Shown piece after piece: positions 1 through 15,199 of a stretch of DNA of 64,000 nucleotides. This stretch comes from the human T2T-CHM13v2.0 reference genome, Homo sapiens. The first letter of the stretch is position 1; every line of letters starts with the position of its first letter. The translations under genes were made by a program, and so were the position numbers. The notes beneath the pieces were generated by a model. It searched no databases and was not told the DNA's origin. It saw only the letters and a list, made by a program, of their open reading frames with translations. The stretch is taken from assembly GCF_009914755.1 (NCBI RefSeq), contig NC_060934.1; one strand, given 5' to 3'.

Positions 1-106
1 AATGAGCCAAGATCACATCACCACACTCCAGCCTGGGCAACAGAGTGAGACCCACTCTCAAAAAAAAAAAAAAAAAAGAAAGAAAGAAAGAAAAAGAAAA
101 GAAAAA
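1..106 (+). mobile_element. 3' end and A-rich tail of an Alu cut by the window edge
   Basis: gagccaagatcacatcaccacactccagcctgggcaacagagtgagacc followed by A/AAAG tail. Confidence 0.9.
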
Positions 107-249
107 AGATTGTTAGGACCCTTCCATCATTATTCATCTAAAAAGAAATATTTTCACCTTTTCACCATTAAGAATGACAACTGTGGCAGAATTTATGATT
201 TGTTTTGTTTTGTTTATTTTTTAGGTATAAGTTATGTTAAGTGAATTAG

Positions 250-730
250 TTTGAGAAGGATTTTATTAAAAATCACATGTGATATTGAATTTTATTAAAT
301 ATTTGTCTATATCTATTGAAATAATCATATAATTTTTCTCCCTTAATCAAATACTTTAGAAAATTACGTTAACTGATGCTCAAAGTCACGCTAGCCTTGC
401 ATTCCTGGAATACACAGACTTCATTATGATCATCCCTTTGAGATGTTGCTGGATTTGGTTTGGCAATATATTGCCTAGAATTCTTGCATTCATGATCCTA
501 AGTGTGGTCAGCCAGTAATTTTCCTGTCTTCTACTATCCTTGGTAGGTTTTGGCATCAAGATTTTGGAAGCCTCAAATTGAGGTGAGGAGTGTTTCCTCT
601 CCTGCTGTACTCAAGAATAGTTTGTGAAAAATTGGAATTATTTTTTCTGGACTTTCTGGTAGAACCTGCCTTTGAAACTACCTTTGCCTAGACTTTTAAG
701 ATTGTTTTTGACTTCTGTTCGATCTCTTTG
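250..730 (-). mobile_element. Old L1M ORF2 fragment
   Basis: Degenerate antisense L1 ORF2 (ccttgcattcctggaata..., ttttggcatcaag..., aattggaattatttttt). Confidence 0.6.
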
Positions 731-817
731 AAGCATATATTATGTTTTTAAATTTTGGGTTTGTAATGTTATATTTACTCCCTGACTACAAATTATCTCA
801 TATAAAAAAAATTTTCG

Positions 818-1166
<349 letters not shown>

Positions 1167-1934
1167 TCAAGCTTTTGAATGTAGAATTTTTGTTCAGGAG
1201 AATCACAGGAGCGATGAGCTAGCTCTGTCCAGAATTGAAAGCAGGTGATGACCAAAAAAAGAAAGAAGCCAGAGAACAAGGAAGATAGTTTCCAATGTTA
1301 TTGATTGTATAAATCTCAGTTCATCATCCCAAAGAAAAAAAGATTTCATGCTCCACCTACCTAACTCATCTACCAAAAAGAGAGAATCGCCCATCACTAG
1401 GCTCTTCTTTTTAACTTACTTCTGGGCAACGCAACCCCTTTTTTCTTCTCTGCATTTATTTGATTTTAAATTGCATGAGCAATTTACATTAATATTTCTC
1501 TGTAGCATTCACAGTTTTCTGCTGGATTGGTCCAGGTCCAATTTATAAGCATGGAAACTGATTTCCAAAATCAATTAAGTGGCTCCAAGGAATGAGACTG
1601 CAGAGCCAAGATACGAATCTGAGAATCCTAGGATTGGAAGGGACCTCAGAAATCATTTGGTGGCTTTTGTTGTACCATTGAGAAGGTCAATAGGGAACAG
1701 CCAGTGAGGGACAGAGCCCCAGCCAGAATCAAGGGTTTGACTGCTAGGTCAGCTTCCATTACCCGGAGAGATTTGCCCCCAATAGGAGTCACTTCACTGT
1801 TGCTTTTTAAAGATCTTTAAGGAGGGAAATGCTTGCTTTTGTGCAAAGTGTGCATAGTGATAGTTTACAGTTTCAAATCTCTAAGTCAATAACAGGAACA
1901 TTTCCCCATATAGTGACCCTTGGTTGAAAAGGCA

Positions 1935-2554
1935 AGTTCAACCACTGTGGAAGACACTATGACGAGTCCTCAAAGATTTAGAACCAGAAATCTCATTTGA
2001 CCCAGCAGTCCCATTACTGGGTATATACCCAAAGGAATATAAATCATTCTATTATAAAGACACATGCACACGTATGTTCATTGCAGCACTATTCACAGTA
2101 GCAAAGACATGAAATCAACCCAAATTCCCATCCATGATAGACTGGATAAAGAAAATGCAGTACATATACACCATGGAATACTATGCAGCCATAGAAAGGA
2201 ATGAGATCATGTCTTTTGCAGGGACATGGATGAAGCTGGAAGCCATTATCCTCAGCAAACTAACGCAGGAACAGAAAACCAAACACCGCTTGTTCTCACT
2301 TTTAAGTGGGCACTGAACAATGAGAACACATGGACAGTGAGAGGAACAACACACACTGGGGCCTGTCGGGGGAGGCTGGGGAGGGGAGAGCATTCAGAAA
2401 AATAGCTAATGCATGCTGGGCTTAATACCTAGGTGATGGATTGATAGGTGCAGCAAACCATCGTGGCATGTGTTTACCTATGTAGCTACACATCCTCCAC
2501 ATGTATCCCAGAATTTAAAATTAAATTGAATTTAAAATTAAATTATATTAAAAA
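1935..2554 (+). mobile_element. 5'-truncated older L1PA (roughly PA8-PA13) 3' end with TSD GAAAAGGCA
   Basis: ORF2 C-terminus/3'UTR (MIDWIKKM...YYAAI), G-rich tract, AT-rich tail; TSD at 1926-1934 / 2555-2563. Confidence 0.85.
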
Positions 2555-3059
2555 GAAAAGGCAGAAGCAATTATTAGTTAGCAGAGAAAGTGGCCTAAAA
2601 TCACAAAGAAGAAAACGCTTGTGCATAAATGAATACTTCATACTCTAAATCTGTTTACATTTTATGAAGAACTTTTCAAAGGATCTGCTGGCTCATGTTT
2701 CTCTGATGTTTTATAGTTTACAGAGCAGTTTCTCCTGTGCTGTTTCATTTACTACAATTCAGCAAACCTTTATTTAGTTGAGACGGCTGCAGCTGTTTAC
2801 CAAGGCCCTTGCCATGTGTGCAGGGAGACAAACATGTATACAACCTCTATCGTGCCTGACAGGCATGACACTTTCGAATGAGGCTTCCAGCACTGGCAGT
2901 GGGAAAGCAGTTGCACCACGTGGGTGTCAGGAGCAGTCTCACGGGCAGGATGCTTGAGTCAGCTCATCTGCAATTGGTGAGATTTCACCAGGAGGCCATG
3001 AAAAGGCCGACCCACCAGATGCGAAGGGAGGGAAGGTGCTGCATTGCCCGGGAGGAAGC

Positions 3060-3400
3060 AGCATGGCAGTGTGGCCGAGTGGGTAAAGGCGCGGGCTCCA
3101 TAGTCAGAGACCTGGGTTTCAGTTCCAGGCTGCTATTTTTTTTTTTTTTTTTTTTTTTGAGACGGAGTCTCGCTCTGTCGCCCAGGCTGGAGTGCAGTGG
3201 CGCGATCCCGGCTCACTGCAAGCTCCAAATTCCGGGCTGCTATGTACTAGTTGTGTGACCTTAGACATATTCCTTTACTTCTCTCTGCCTCAGTTTCCCT
3301 GTAGATAAATGGGGGAGGGGTAATAACACAACATCACTCTTAAGATGAATATGCAAATTGATCTATAAAGCACTGAGCAAAATACTTGGCACATGGTAAA
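3060..3400 (+). mobile_element. MIR split by a truncated AluY
   Basis: MIR core: agacctgggttt...tgtgtgaccttagac...ctctctgcctcagtttccc. Confidence 0.75.
3137..3226 (-). mobile_element. Severely 5'-truncated AluY (~68 bp plus T22 tail)
   Basis: gagacggagtctcgctctgtcgcccaggctgg...ctgcaagctcc, flanked by an imperfect 16-bp direct repeat. Confidence 0.85.
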
Positions 3401-4114
3401 TGTTACCTGTTGTTGTATCAGAAAACCATAAGTAGCTTGAGGAAGCTGGCTGGCGTGATTGGTACCGTAGCTTCCATGACAGAGCAATTGAACCTTATGG
3501 TATTGACAAGGAAGAAAGTTTCTCTGCAAGTTGGTAAGAGGCTCAGATTTGTGTTTTAGGAAAGAACTGGCCTATTATGAAAGGAGAGCGATTGGAAGCA
3601 AGGAATGGAGGAGGTGGGACTTCTATTAGTCACTGTGAGAAATGGCTTCATGCTTTGTCCATTGTGTGTGTGTGTTCATGCAAGTGCACGGGTGTGTGTG
3701 AGTGTGTGATTTCTATTTTCCCCATAGAATGTCATCTCCCCCATGGCAGGAGCCCTGGCTTCCTTACACTCCCAGGGCTCCTGCGCCTGGTACCCATGTG
3801 CTGGATGAATGAATGTGTGAAACTGCAATTCTCGCAATACTTGACCGTGGGCAGGAGCGGGACGGCGAGTAGGTTTTACAGATGAGGAAAACCACACCAG
3901 GAGTCTCCATGACTTCCTCACTGCCCTCACAGTAAGAGGCAGCACTGGGCCTAGAAAAGGGGACTTTTTACTCTTTGTGCCTGAACCTATCATATCAAAC
4001 TGAGAGGTGTAATCATAATGCTTACTGCTCATGATTTGAACTAGTTCACCTCAGACCAAGAACAGAATATTAGAACTCAATAAATTAATAAACAAATTAT
4101 AATTATTGTTTTTA

Positions 4115-4416
<302 letters not shown>

Positions 4417-4432
4417 TAAGACGTTCTGCTGG

Positions 4433-4451
4433 TGCACACTAGATGGCAGCA
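4433..4451 (+). promoter_or_regulatory. CTCF-like motif
   Basis: tgcaCACTAGATGGCAGCA matches the CTCF core CCASYAGRKGGCRS with one mismatch; nearby CpGs are retained. Confidence 0.6.
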
Positions 4452-5253
4452 ACGCGCATCATTTTAAGGACGGTGAAAGTAGCGGCCGCATCCCTTGGTA
4501 GGGTCTGTATAGCCCTGGCCCTCGGCTAGGGCTGGGTTTTATTATTTCATGTAAGCTTCCCAACCTCTCAGTATTGCAGATACTTAGCAGAAAGGATTAA
4601 GTCCCGAGTTGCCGAAGCCTAACGTCACCAACCTTGCTATTGCCAAGAGCAGGCATGGAAAGGTTTTCCTTCCTCTCTGGAGGCCAGCAATTGACTATCT
4701 TGCCCAGTCATAAAAGAAGACACTTAGGAGAAGCCTTGATTCCTAGAAACGGCTGAATTAGGCGTTCTTGCTGCAGGGACAAAGGCTTCCTCCGGGCCTT
4801 AGAACGGGCCGAGAAAACCTACCATCTGCCTTCCTCGCCGGGAAGGCACCTTGACTTTGGCTGGGCTGGGCCAGCCCTGGACACACTGATGACAAGCGAC
4901 GCCTGCCAGTGCCCAGCTCCCTCTTTCCAGGCCCTGTCATTTAATGGCAAATATTTATTGAGGGCCTACTATGCGCCAGGCCTTATGTCCCAGCCTCCAA
5001 CCCCACATGCTTCACCCCCACACTGTCTGTCACTGACCATCCTCCTGTCCCAGGCTCCTCATGGCTCCTGACTGGCTTCCCCACCGCCTGGTCCCACTTC
5101 TCCGTTGCCAAGCCAAAAGGGGTTGTCCCAGCTGTACCCAATGCTTGAGGATGTATTAAGGTATCTCTGCCAGGTAGAAAAGGGTAAATGCGTTGTCTTT
5201 CCCCAGACAACAGCATGTTGAAATTTTACCGCTACACAGTGGTTGGGACTTTA

Positions 5254-5631
<378 letters not shown>

Positions 5632-5849
5632 TCATACCACGTGGTGAGGGGTTGTATCTAGGATGGCCCTGGCCCTGCACGTTGGGTGTGTGAGCAACAC
5701 TGCAGCCACTCTGCCCCACCCCAGAGCCTGTGACTGAGCCTGGACTTCCTGAACTTCATAAATAAGTGTAGATAACAAATATAAACAAAAGAACAGCAAT
5801 CATCATCATCACTAATGTTTACTAAGCACTTTACATGAATCTCCTCTAA

Positions 5850-6146
<297 letters not shown>

Positions 6147-6206
6147 CTACTCCTTTAACTCTTACAACGGCTCAATGAGGCAAACAAAATCATTATGCCC
6201 ATTTTA

Positions 6207-6505
6207 TTTTACTTTTTATTTTTTGAGATGGAGTCTTGCCCTGTTGTCCAGGCTGGAGTTAAATGGTGCAATCTCGGCTCACTACAACCTCTGCCCCCTG
6301 GGTTCAAGTGATTCTTGTGTCTCAGCCTCCTGAATAGCTGGGATTACAGGCGCGTAACATTATGCCTGGCTACTTGTTGTATTTTTAGTAGAGACGGGGT
6401 TTCGCCCTGTTGGCCAGGCTGGCTTCGAACTCCTGACCTCAAGTGATCCACCTGCCTCGGCCTCCCAAAGTACTGGGATTACAGATGTGAGCAACCATGC
6501 CTGGT
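6207..6505 (-). mobile_element. AluS inserted in a MIR, TSD tta(t/c)gcccatttta
   Basis: Antisense Alu dimer; the MIR continues as acagatgagaaaactggg. Confidence 0.9.
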
Positions 6506-9009
6506 CAGTTACGCCCATTTTACAGATGAGAAAACTGGGGCCAAAGCATTTATTTTCCCAGAATCACAAAGCTAGAAAGCGATGGGACTATGATTCAAAT
6601 CCAAGTTCTCTGATTCCAGAGCCTGTGCTCCTTATTCTATTGCCCACTCAATTTTTCCCCCAAAATCCAAGCCAACATCCAATGTGAATTCCATCTGACC
6701 TTGGTTATGGAAAGCAGCCCCCTCCCCGACACCCCCCCCACCCCTGCTCCCACACACACAGCCATTCTATTGAAGGAGACTAGCCCCAGATGCCCCCTGG
6801 CTTCTTGCTGTCAGTAGTGAGAATTAGTCCAACAGTTGGAGAAAAGAAGCCACCGATAACTGAGAGTTGGCTATTGCCTTCGTTCTCTGCATTTTGCTCT
6901 TGTAAAAAGCAATGTGTGTGTGTGGAGCCTCTAAGTATGTCCATATGGTGACATAGACAAGACCGCGGTACTTGCTTGTGACAACTGGATCTGACCTTCC
7001 CTGGAACTCTTAGGAAAATGTAAATTGCTCTTTCGTGGCCCCAACAGCACATTTTGTACCCACTTTGGTCAAGGTCACTATACAAGGAGGATCCTGGCAT
7101 GCTGGGAACACTTGCTTACCTTGGGGCCTCCCAAGAATCAGCCCATGGATGGAGACTCTGCCCTACTCACTTTTTATTCTCATGCCGACTAGCACAAGGC
7201 AGGTACTCGATGTGTGTCAGTTGACACAAAATAAAGTGAGCATGTCCTAGGGAGGTGAGACAATGGGAAAAGGTGGGTCTCCTCTTGACTCTCATCACCC
7301 TTGCTGCCTGGGGTTCCTGTTCCTCCACCTCACTTCCCTGGGGCCTCCCAGTCTGTCTTGCCTCATTGTTCTGTCCCAGGGAGAGAGGGGTGACAATGTC
7401 CTAGAGCCAAAGCCATCCCGTGCAAAATCAGGTAGGAGGAAAGTACATACAGTGCTACCCAAAGGGCCAGCCCAGCCTGGAGGAATATGATGCTTTGGGG
7501 AGGTACCTGGGGATCCTGTATAGGCAACATAAGCCATGATGGAAAATAAAGTAATACAAGCAGTAACCTCCAAGACAGAAAATTGATTCATTAGTGCCTC
7601 TAGTTTGCATGACTATGGAAAAGAACCCTCCCGGCTGAATAACCAGTTATGATCAGCAGTTAAGACCTCTCTTTTGTTTTGTTTGTAAGAAGACCTCTCT
7701 TTTGTTTTGTTTTGTTTGTAAGAAGAAGAGAAGAAAGAGAGGAGGGAAGAGAGGGAGGGCAAGTCAATGAGTTGTGCTGAGGATGAGAGGAGAGATTTAT
7801 CTTTAAGACTAATAGCTTGTCAATGAGAGCTAGCCTGCCTTTGAGCAGCAGCAATAGCCTGCCTTTGAGATCAGCCAAGTCCCTATTATATATTAAATTC
7901 CCTTGCCTGAAAAATAAATTGTGGAAGAAAAAGGGAAATTATGTACATTCCATTTTATGGGAATCAGACTTGTCCGTGATCTTCCCGTCTGTCTAGTGGT
8001 TTCCACTTGGCTGGATTTATTGGCATGACTTGCCTTGTGGGTTCACTCTCACTGGGCTCCTGCCTCTTTAGGGGGCTAAAAGTCTTTGTGGGCCCTGCAA
8101 CAATATGAAAGAGGTCTCTTCCATGCAGACCCATCACCGTGTCCACAGAGAGAACCCATGGGCAGTGTTCTGAGATTGCAGGGTGGCATCTTCCAGCACA
8201 TAGGTAAGTAACAAGCTTTGTGGTAAATTTGCAATGCAAAATAACCACTTACCAGCTGCCAGAGTAGATACGTTTTACTTTTAAGTAAAATATTAAGTAA
8301 ATACAGATATTTACTTAAATATCTGTAGTGCCTAACTGGAGTTGCTTTGAATTTCTTGAAAGGATTCAAGCCTTGATTTATTTATTTTTATTTTTTGGCT
8401 GTGGAAAGACAACGGTCTCCAAGTCCCTTTCAGAAGGAAATCAATACCCCAGAGTTAATACTCCCTTTCTTTGAGGGAATGATATATCTAAACAAGAGAA
8501 AAAATATATTTTTCAGCAAATCTTGACCACAAAATTCATCTGCTCAAGGCTTTAGGTCAATTCATTCATCATGGGCAATTTATGAACCAATGAAGTCAGC
8601 CAGCTGGGGGGCAAATCAGGATGGAATAAAGTTATGCATTATTTTTGTATTTGTTCAAAGTAAAAATAACTTTTGGAGGGCCTATGGTGTTAAAATATCA
8701 GGTTCAACGTAGAAGTTTCCTCTCTGCTCTTATTTTCCACCATTCAAGACTGCAAACAATATGCTTTGAAAGAAAGAATGACTTTTGGAAAAATTGACTT
8801 TCGGAAAAATTGACTTTTACAAGGCATACAGTCTAGCGAAAAGCAGAGTGGAATATAGATAAGTTCAAGTTATCTCCCTGCATGTTTTATGGGAGATAGA
8901 TTATTGATTGTGTCTTATATTTTTGTTCAAGCCCCTTGTCAATCAAGTGCCCTATAGATTATCCTTTGAGAGAACACAATACTATTGATTCTCCTAGACC
9001 AAGCTTCAA

Positions 9010-10585
<1,576 letters not shown>

Positions 10586-10869
10586 AAAATTCCACTCTTT
10601 TTAATCTATCTTCTTTTTGGCTAAGAATAATTTTTAATCTATCTTCTTTTTGACTAAGAATAATTATTTTAGACCTCTTGATTTTTATCACTAGCTCTTT
10701 TCCTGGCTCACTTCAGTAGAATCACATATGAGAACAGGTAAAAAGCAACAGTCAGCTTGAGAGGCAGCTGCTGCCCAACATTCTATTGAAAAGAACACAA
10801 AGGTTCATTCTGTATACAGTAAATTTGTGCTCAAGCTCTTAATGTCTTTAAGACATTATCATGGTGGCG

Positions 10870-11790
10870 GCATAGAGGACAATAGTAGAATACAGTGATT
10901 AAAAGCATAAACTTTGATATTAGTCAAACTGGATTTGAGTCCTGGTTCTGCCATATATTGACCATGTGAACTCTGGGAAGTTCACTTATTGATTCAACAA
11001 ATATGTGTTGAGTGCCTACTGTATGCCAAGCCCTAAATGGAGAATACTGCAGTGAACAAGGCAGATATTATACCCAACTTCGTAGCTCATATACATAAGA
11101 GAGACATTAAGTAATTACACAAGGATTAATTTACCTAATGTTGCAAAGAAGAAGTAAAACTGTGTTATGAGATTGATTTGACCTGCTCTGCACAGTTCAG
11201 AAAGCTTCCCTAAGGAAGTTGGGATCTAAGGGTCCAACATGAGTTAACTAAGCACAAAGGGGAGAATGAGAACTTTGAGGAAAGGCAGTTGGTAGGTGGG
11301 AAAGCCCTGGAGCAGAGAGGAGGCTGGTAAGTCTGGAACAAGGAGAACAAAGGCAGAGGTACAAGAGGAGTTGGCGATGCAAGCAGGGGCCAGAGCATGA
11401 TGGGCCTGGAGGCCATGTTAAGGATTTTGGTCTTTGCCCTAAAATCAATGGGAAGTCTTCAAGCAAGGGAGGAACACAGTCAGATTTGCCTTTGCTAAAG
11501 ATCATTTGGACTTCTTTGGAGAGCACAAAGCAGACTGAGGCAAAAGTGACAGGAGGACCCACCAGGAAGCTGCTGTTCTAAAATGGGTAGTGGGATTGCA
11601 GAGGAGTGGAGAAATTCACTGGATATTTACAAGGTAGAGTGGAAAGAACTCCATTGGATATGGAGGGTGAGGCTGGGTCAAAGATGACTCCCAAATTTCC
11701 AAATTACAGGACTGGATGGAAAGTGGTGCCATTTACGAAGACTGGGACTGTGGATGAGGGCGAAATTTTGGAGGAGAAGGCCTTCAGTTC
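10870..11790. mobile_element. MIR fragment followed by an L2 3' region
   Basis: attcaacaaatatgtgttgagtgcctactgtatgcc (L2 end) and ggccatgttaaggattttggtcttt...aagatgactccca. Confidence 0.7.
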
Positions 11791-11795
11791 AGTTA

Positions 11796-12150
11796 CAGTA
11801 GTCTACCTTAATATGCGATTTCACTTTACATGGCTTGACTGTTACCCACAGTCAACCACGGTTCGAAAATATTCAATGGAAAATTCCAGAAATAAACAAT
11901 TCATAAGTTTTTAATCACAGGGCATTCAGAATAGTGTGATGAAATCTCACCCCATCCCACCCAGGATGGGAATCTTCCCTTTGTCCAGGATATCCACGAG
12001 GTCTACACTACTGGTCCATTAGTCACTCAGTAGCCATCTTGGTTATCAGATGGAAGAAACATAATATATAAAGGGTTTGGTACTATCCATGGTTTCAGGC
12101 ACCCAATGAGAGTCTTGGAATTTACCCCCAAGGAGAAGCAGGGACCACTG
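11796..12150 (+). mobile_element. MER44A-like (TcMar-Tigger) MITE
   Basis: TA|cagtagtc...gaccactg|TA termini; internal aatggaaaattccagaaataaacaattcataagtttt. Confidence 0.85.
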
Positions 12151-13538
12151 TACTTAACTTTGGTGACCTTCAGTTCCCTCTCCTCTATAGTAGAGATGAC
12201 AACAGGGTTCCCCCCATAGGAATATGGTGAGAATTCCATTAGATCCCAAATGTTAAGCACTGAGCATGGTGCCTGGCACATGGAGAGCAGCAATGGCTGG
12301 AGACTAATGTTCTGCTCATCAGCCATTAGGTGCAGAGGCACCTGTTTTCACAGCTCCCTGCCCTTCTCTTTGTACCACTCACTACAGTTGTCATTTTACA
12401 TGCATTTCTGTGATTCTTTGAATAATATTTGTCTCCTCACTCCATTTTAAGCTCCAAAAAGGCAGAGGCTGATATGATTTTGCTCAGCATTGTATTCCCA
12501 ATGCTGGGCATTGTGATGAAAATGGATAAACACACAGCCTGAGCAGGAAACACACACTTCCCCAGAGCCCCATTCATTCCTGCAACCAGGTACCCGCAGC
12601 AGGTGCATGGGGACAGCCAGCCATTTCGTTGTTATTGACTACGCCACAGCAAACCACACAGGTCTTCAGATTTCAATGCTAGGACGCAAATCAAAACTCA
12701 CCCATAGCCTAACCTCAAGCACCTCAGGAAGTTCTTTGGATATAAACGACAGGTGTTTCCTAGCAACACTGCAAGCAGTTGTGCATCGGGGAGGCAGCAG
12801 GCTTATTTGCTGTTCCCACTTCCTGCTCTCCCTCTCCCCAGTGTCCTATTACTGCTACTCACAAAAAACCTGGCTTTTCAAACTGTTCAGTCATATTTTT
12901 TTGAAGAACAGTCTGGGAAGCACAGAGGAAGATCAAGAAGAAATAAAATTTACATTTAATTTAAAACATCATTTGAACCATTAATTTCCACGGCTTCCCT
13001 CGGAGAACATTAATACGAACATCTATCTAACAATAAAACCATTTGATTTAGTGTGTGTATTTTCTTTTCTTAATTTGCTCCTATAGTTCTTATCTTCGAA
13101 GTATTCATGTGGCATTTTATTTCATGTCTTATTATTTATTACATCTTATGCAATGTCTCATCTCTGAACAAGATTATAGACACCTCCAGTGCTGGAACTA
13201 GCTCCTAGCGAGATATCTTGTCAACATATTCAGTAAGCACGTGTGCCTAATTGATCTGACCGCTTATCTCTGAGAAACACTGAAATCACTGAGGAAGGAA
13301 AAGGGAATGGAAAGAAAGAGAGCAAACTCCAGCAAGTTCCCCTAGAGAGCAAAGCACCAACTCACTGAATTAAAGCCACATTGCAGCAGCTAGAATATTC
13401 CCTTCATGCATGTGACTTTGCACAGTGAATTTTTCTTCGTTGAGCTTATAGGCTGGCTATCAGCTCTAATGGAGGATCCTCCAAACCCTGATTCTGGTTC
13501 ACAGCCTGTTGTGTAAGGTATTTCCCTCCTGGGTGGCA

Positions 13539-13840
<302 letters not shown>

Positions 13841-14871
13841 TCACAGTAAATGTTTTTAATCATGCTACTTTCACTGTTTGTTGGCACCTGGCTAACACAG
13901 GTGCCATTATTTCCTGGAACCTCTTAAATGAGTAAATAACCACGGACAACCAACCAAGGAGGTCCCCATGAGATTGCACCTCAAGCTTCAACCATGAAGT
14001 CACAGCAGGGAAGGCTGCAGCCTCTACTCTCTGCTGCTAATTCTACCCTTAGCCAGCCTCTGTGACGGCTTCTATTAGGCCTCATAAATTAAATCCAAAG
14101 AGTCAGCATTTCTCCAGGGCTTGGCTAGCTCCTTTCCTAAGCGTCTATCTCAAGTATTCAACCAGAAGGAGCGGAAAGAGTAATAAATCGACTCTTAGTA
14201 ATACGATGAAGGCCCCACCTGGTATCAAGGGAGAAGGGAAAGAGAATTCCATCGTCATCCAAGAAAGAACATCTGCCAAGAAGACCTTGACTGGCCAAGC
14301 TGGAGCTCTCCCAGGGCCCTGCGCGCACCGAGTAGCAGTATTTCATTACAGAGCTCCCGATTCCTCACTTCCAAGTCGCTTAGACCCCGGCCAATGAAAA
14401 CAATAGGAGGAAAACCAGAGGGCTGTAACCGCAGTCACTGGAGTCCCAGGAGCAGCGGAAAACTCTAAAGGGCAATGCTGTTTTCATGGCGAAACCTACA
14501 CCCCTCGGTTCACTTACGAGGAGCCCCAGCTCAGGTCTTTGTTCCACCCTTACGGGGTTGGCAAAAGCTCGAAACATTTCTCAGTGCCGCTCTGGAGTCA
14601 GAGCTTCTATTTTTTCGCTAGATCTTTTTTCCCTTCGATGATTTCAACTATAGGTCTGCATGTTTGGGGAACATTGAAACCGCTCTTGTATTCTTTCATG
14701 GGGTGTTCACTGTACACGTCAATAATTATGAAATTAACAGTGTTTAGAATTTAAGGGATAGTTTTGTATTAAGCAGACTTAGTTTCTAAGCTTTGCTTTT
14801 ATGCCGTTTTAAACACTCGTGATTCAGGGACTCATTCTGATTGTATACAATTTTAAATACATACTGATATT

Positions 14872-15157
14872 GGTCAGGCGCGGTGGCTTACACCTGTAAT
14901 CCCAGCACTTTGGGAGGCTGAGGAGGGTGAATTGCTTGAGCCCAGGAGTTTGAGACCAGCCTGGGCAAGATAGTCAGAGACCGTCTCCACAAAAAATAGA
15001 AAAATTAGCCAGGTGTGGTGGCGAGTGCCTGTAGTGCCAGCTACACGGGAAGCTGAGGTAGGAGAATCACCTGAGCCTGGGAGGTTGAGGCTGCAGCGGG
15101 CTGTGATCAACTCATTGCCTGGGCGACAGTGAGACCCTGTCTTGGGAAAAAAAAAAG
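14872..15157 (+). mobile_element. AluJ
   Basis: Alu dimer, ttgcttgagcccaggagtttgagacc, gaggctgcag. Confidence 0.85.
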
Positions 15158-15199
15158 ATCACAAATATGCAGATTACATACAGAAGCCACTCTATTTCT

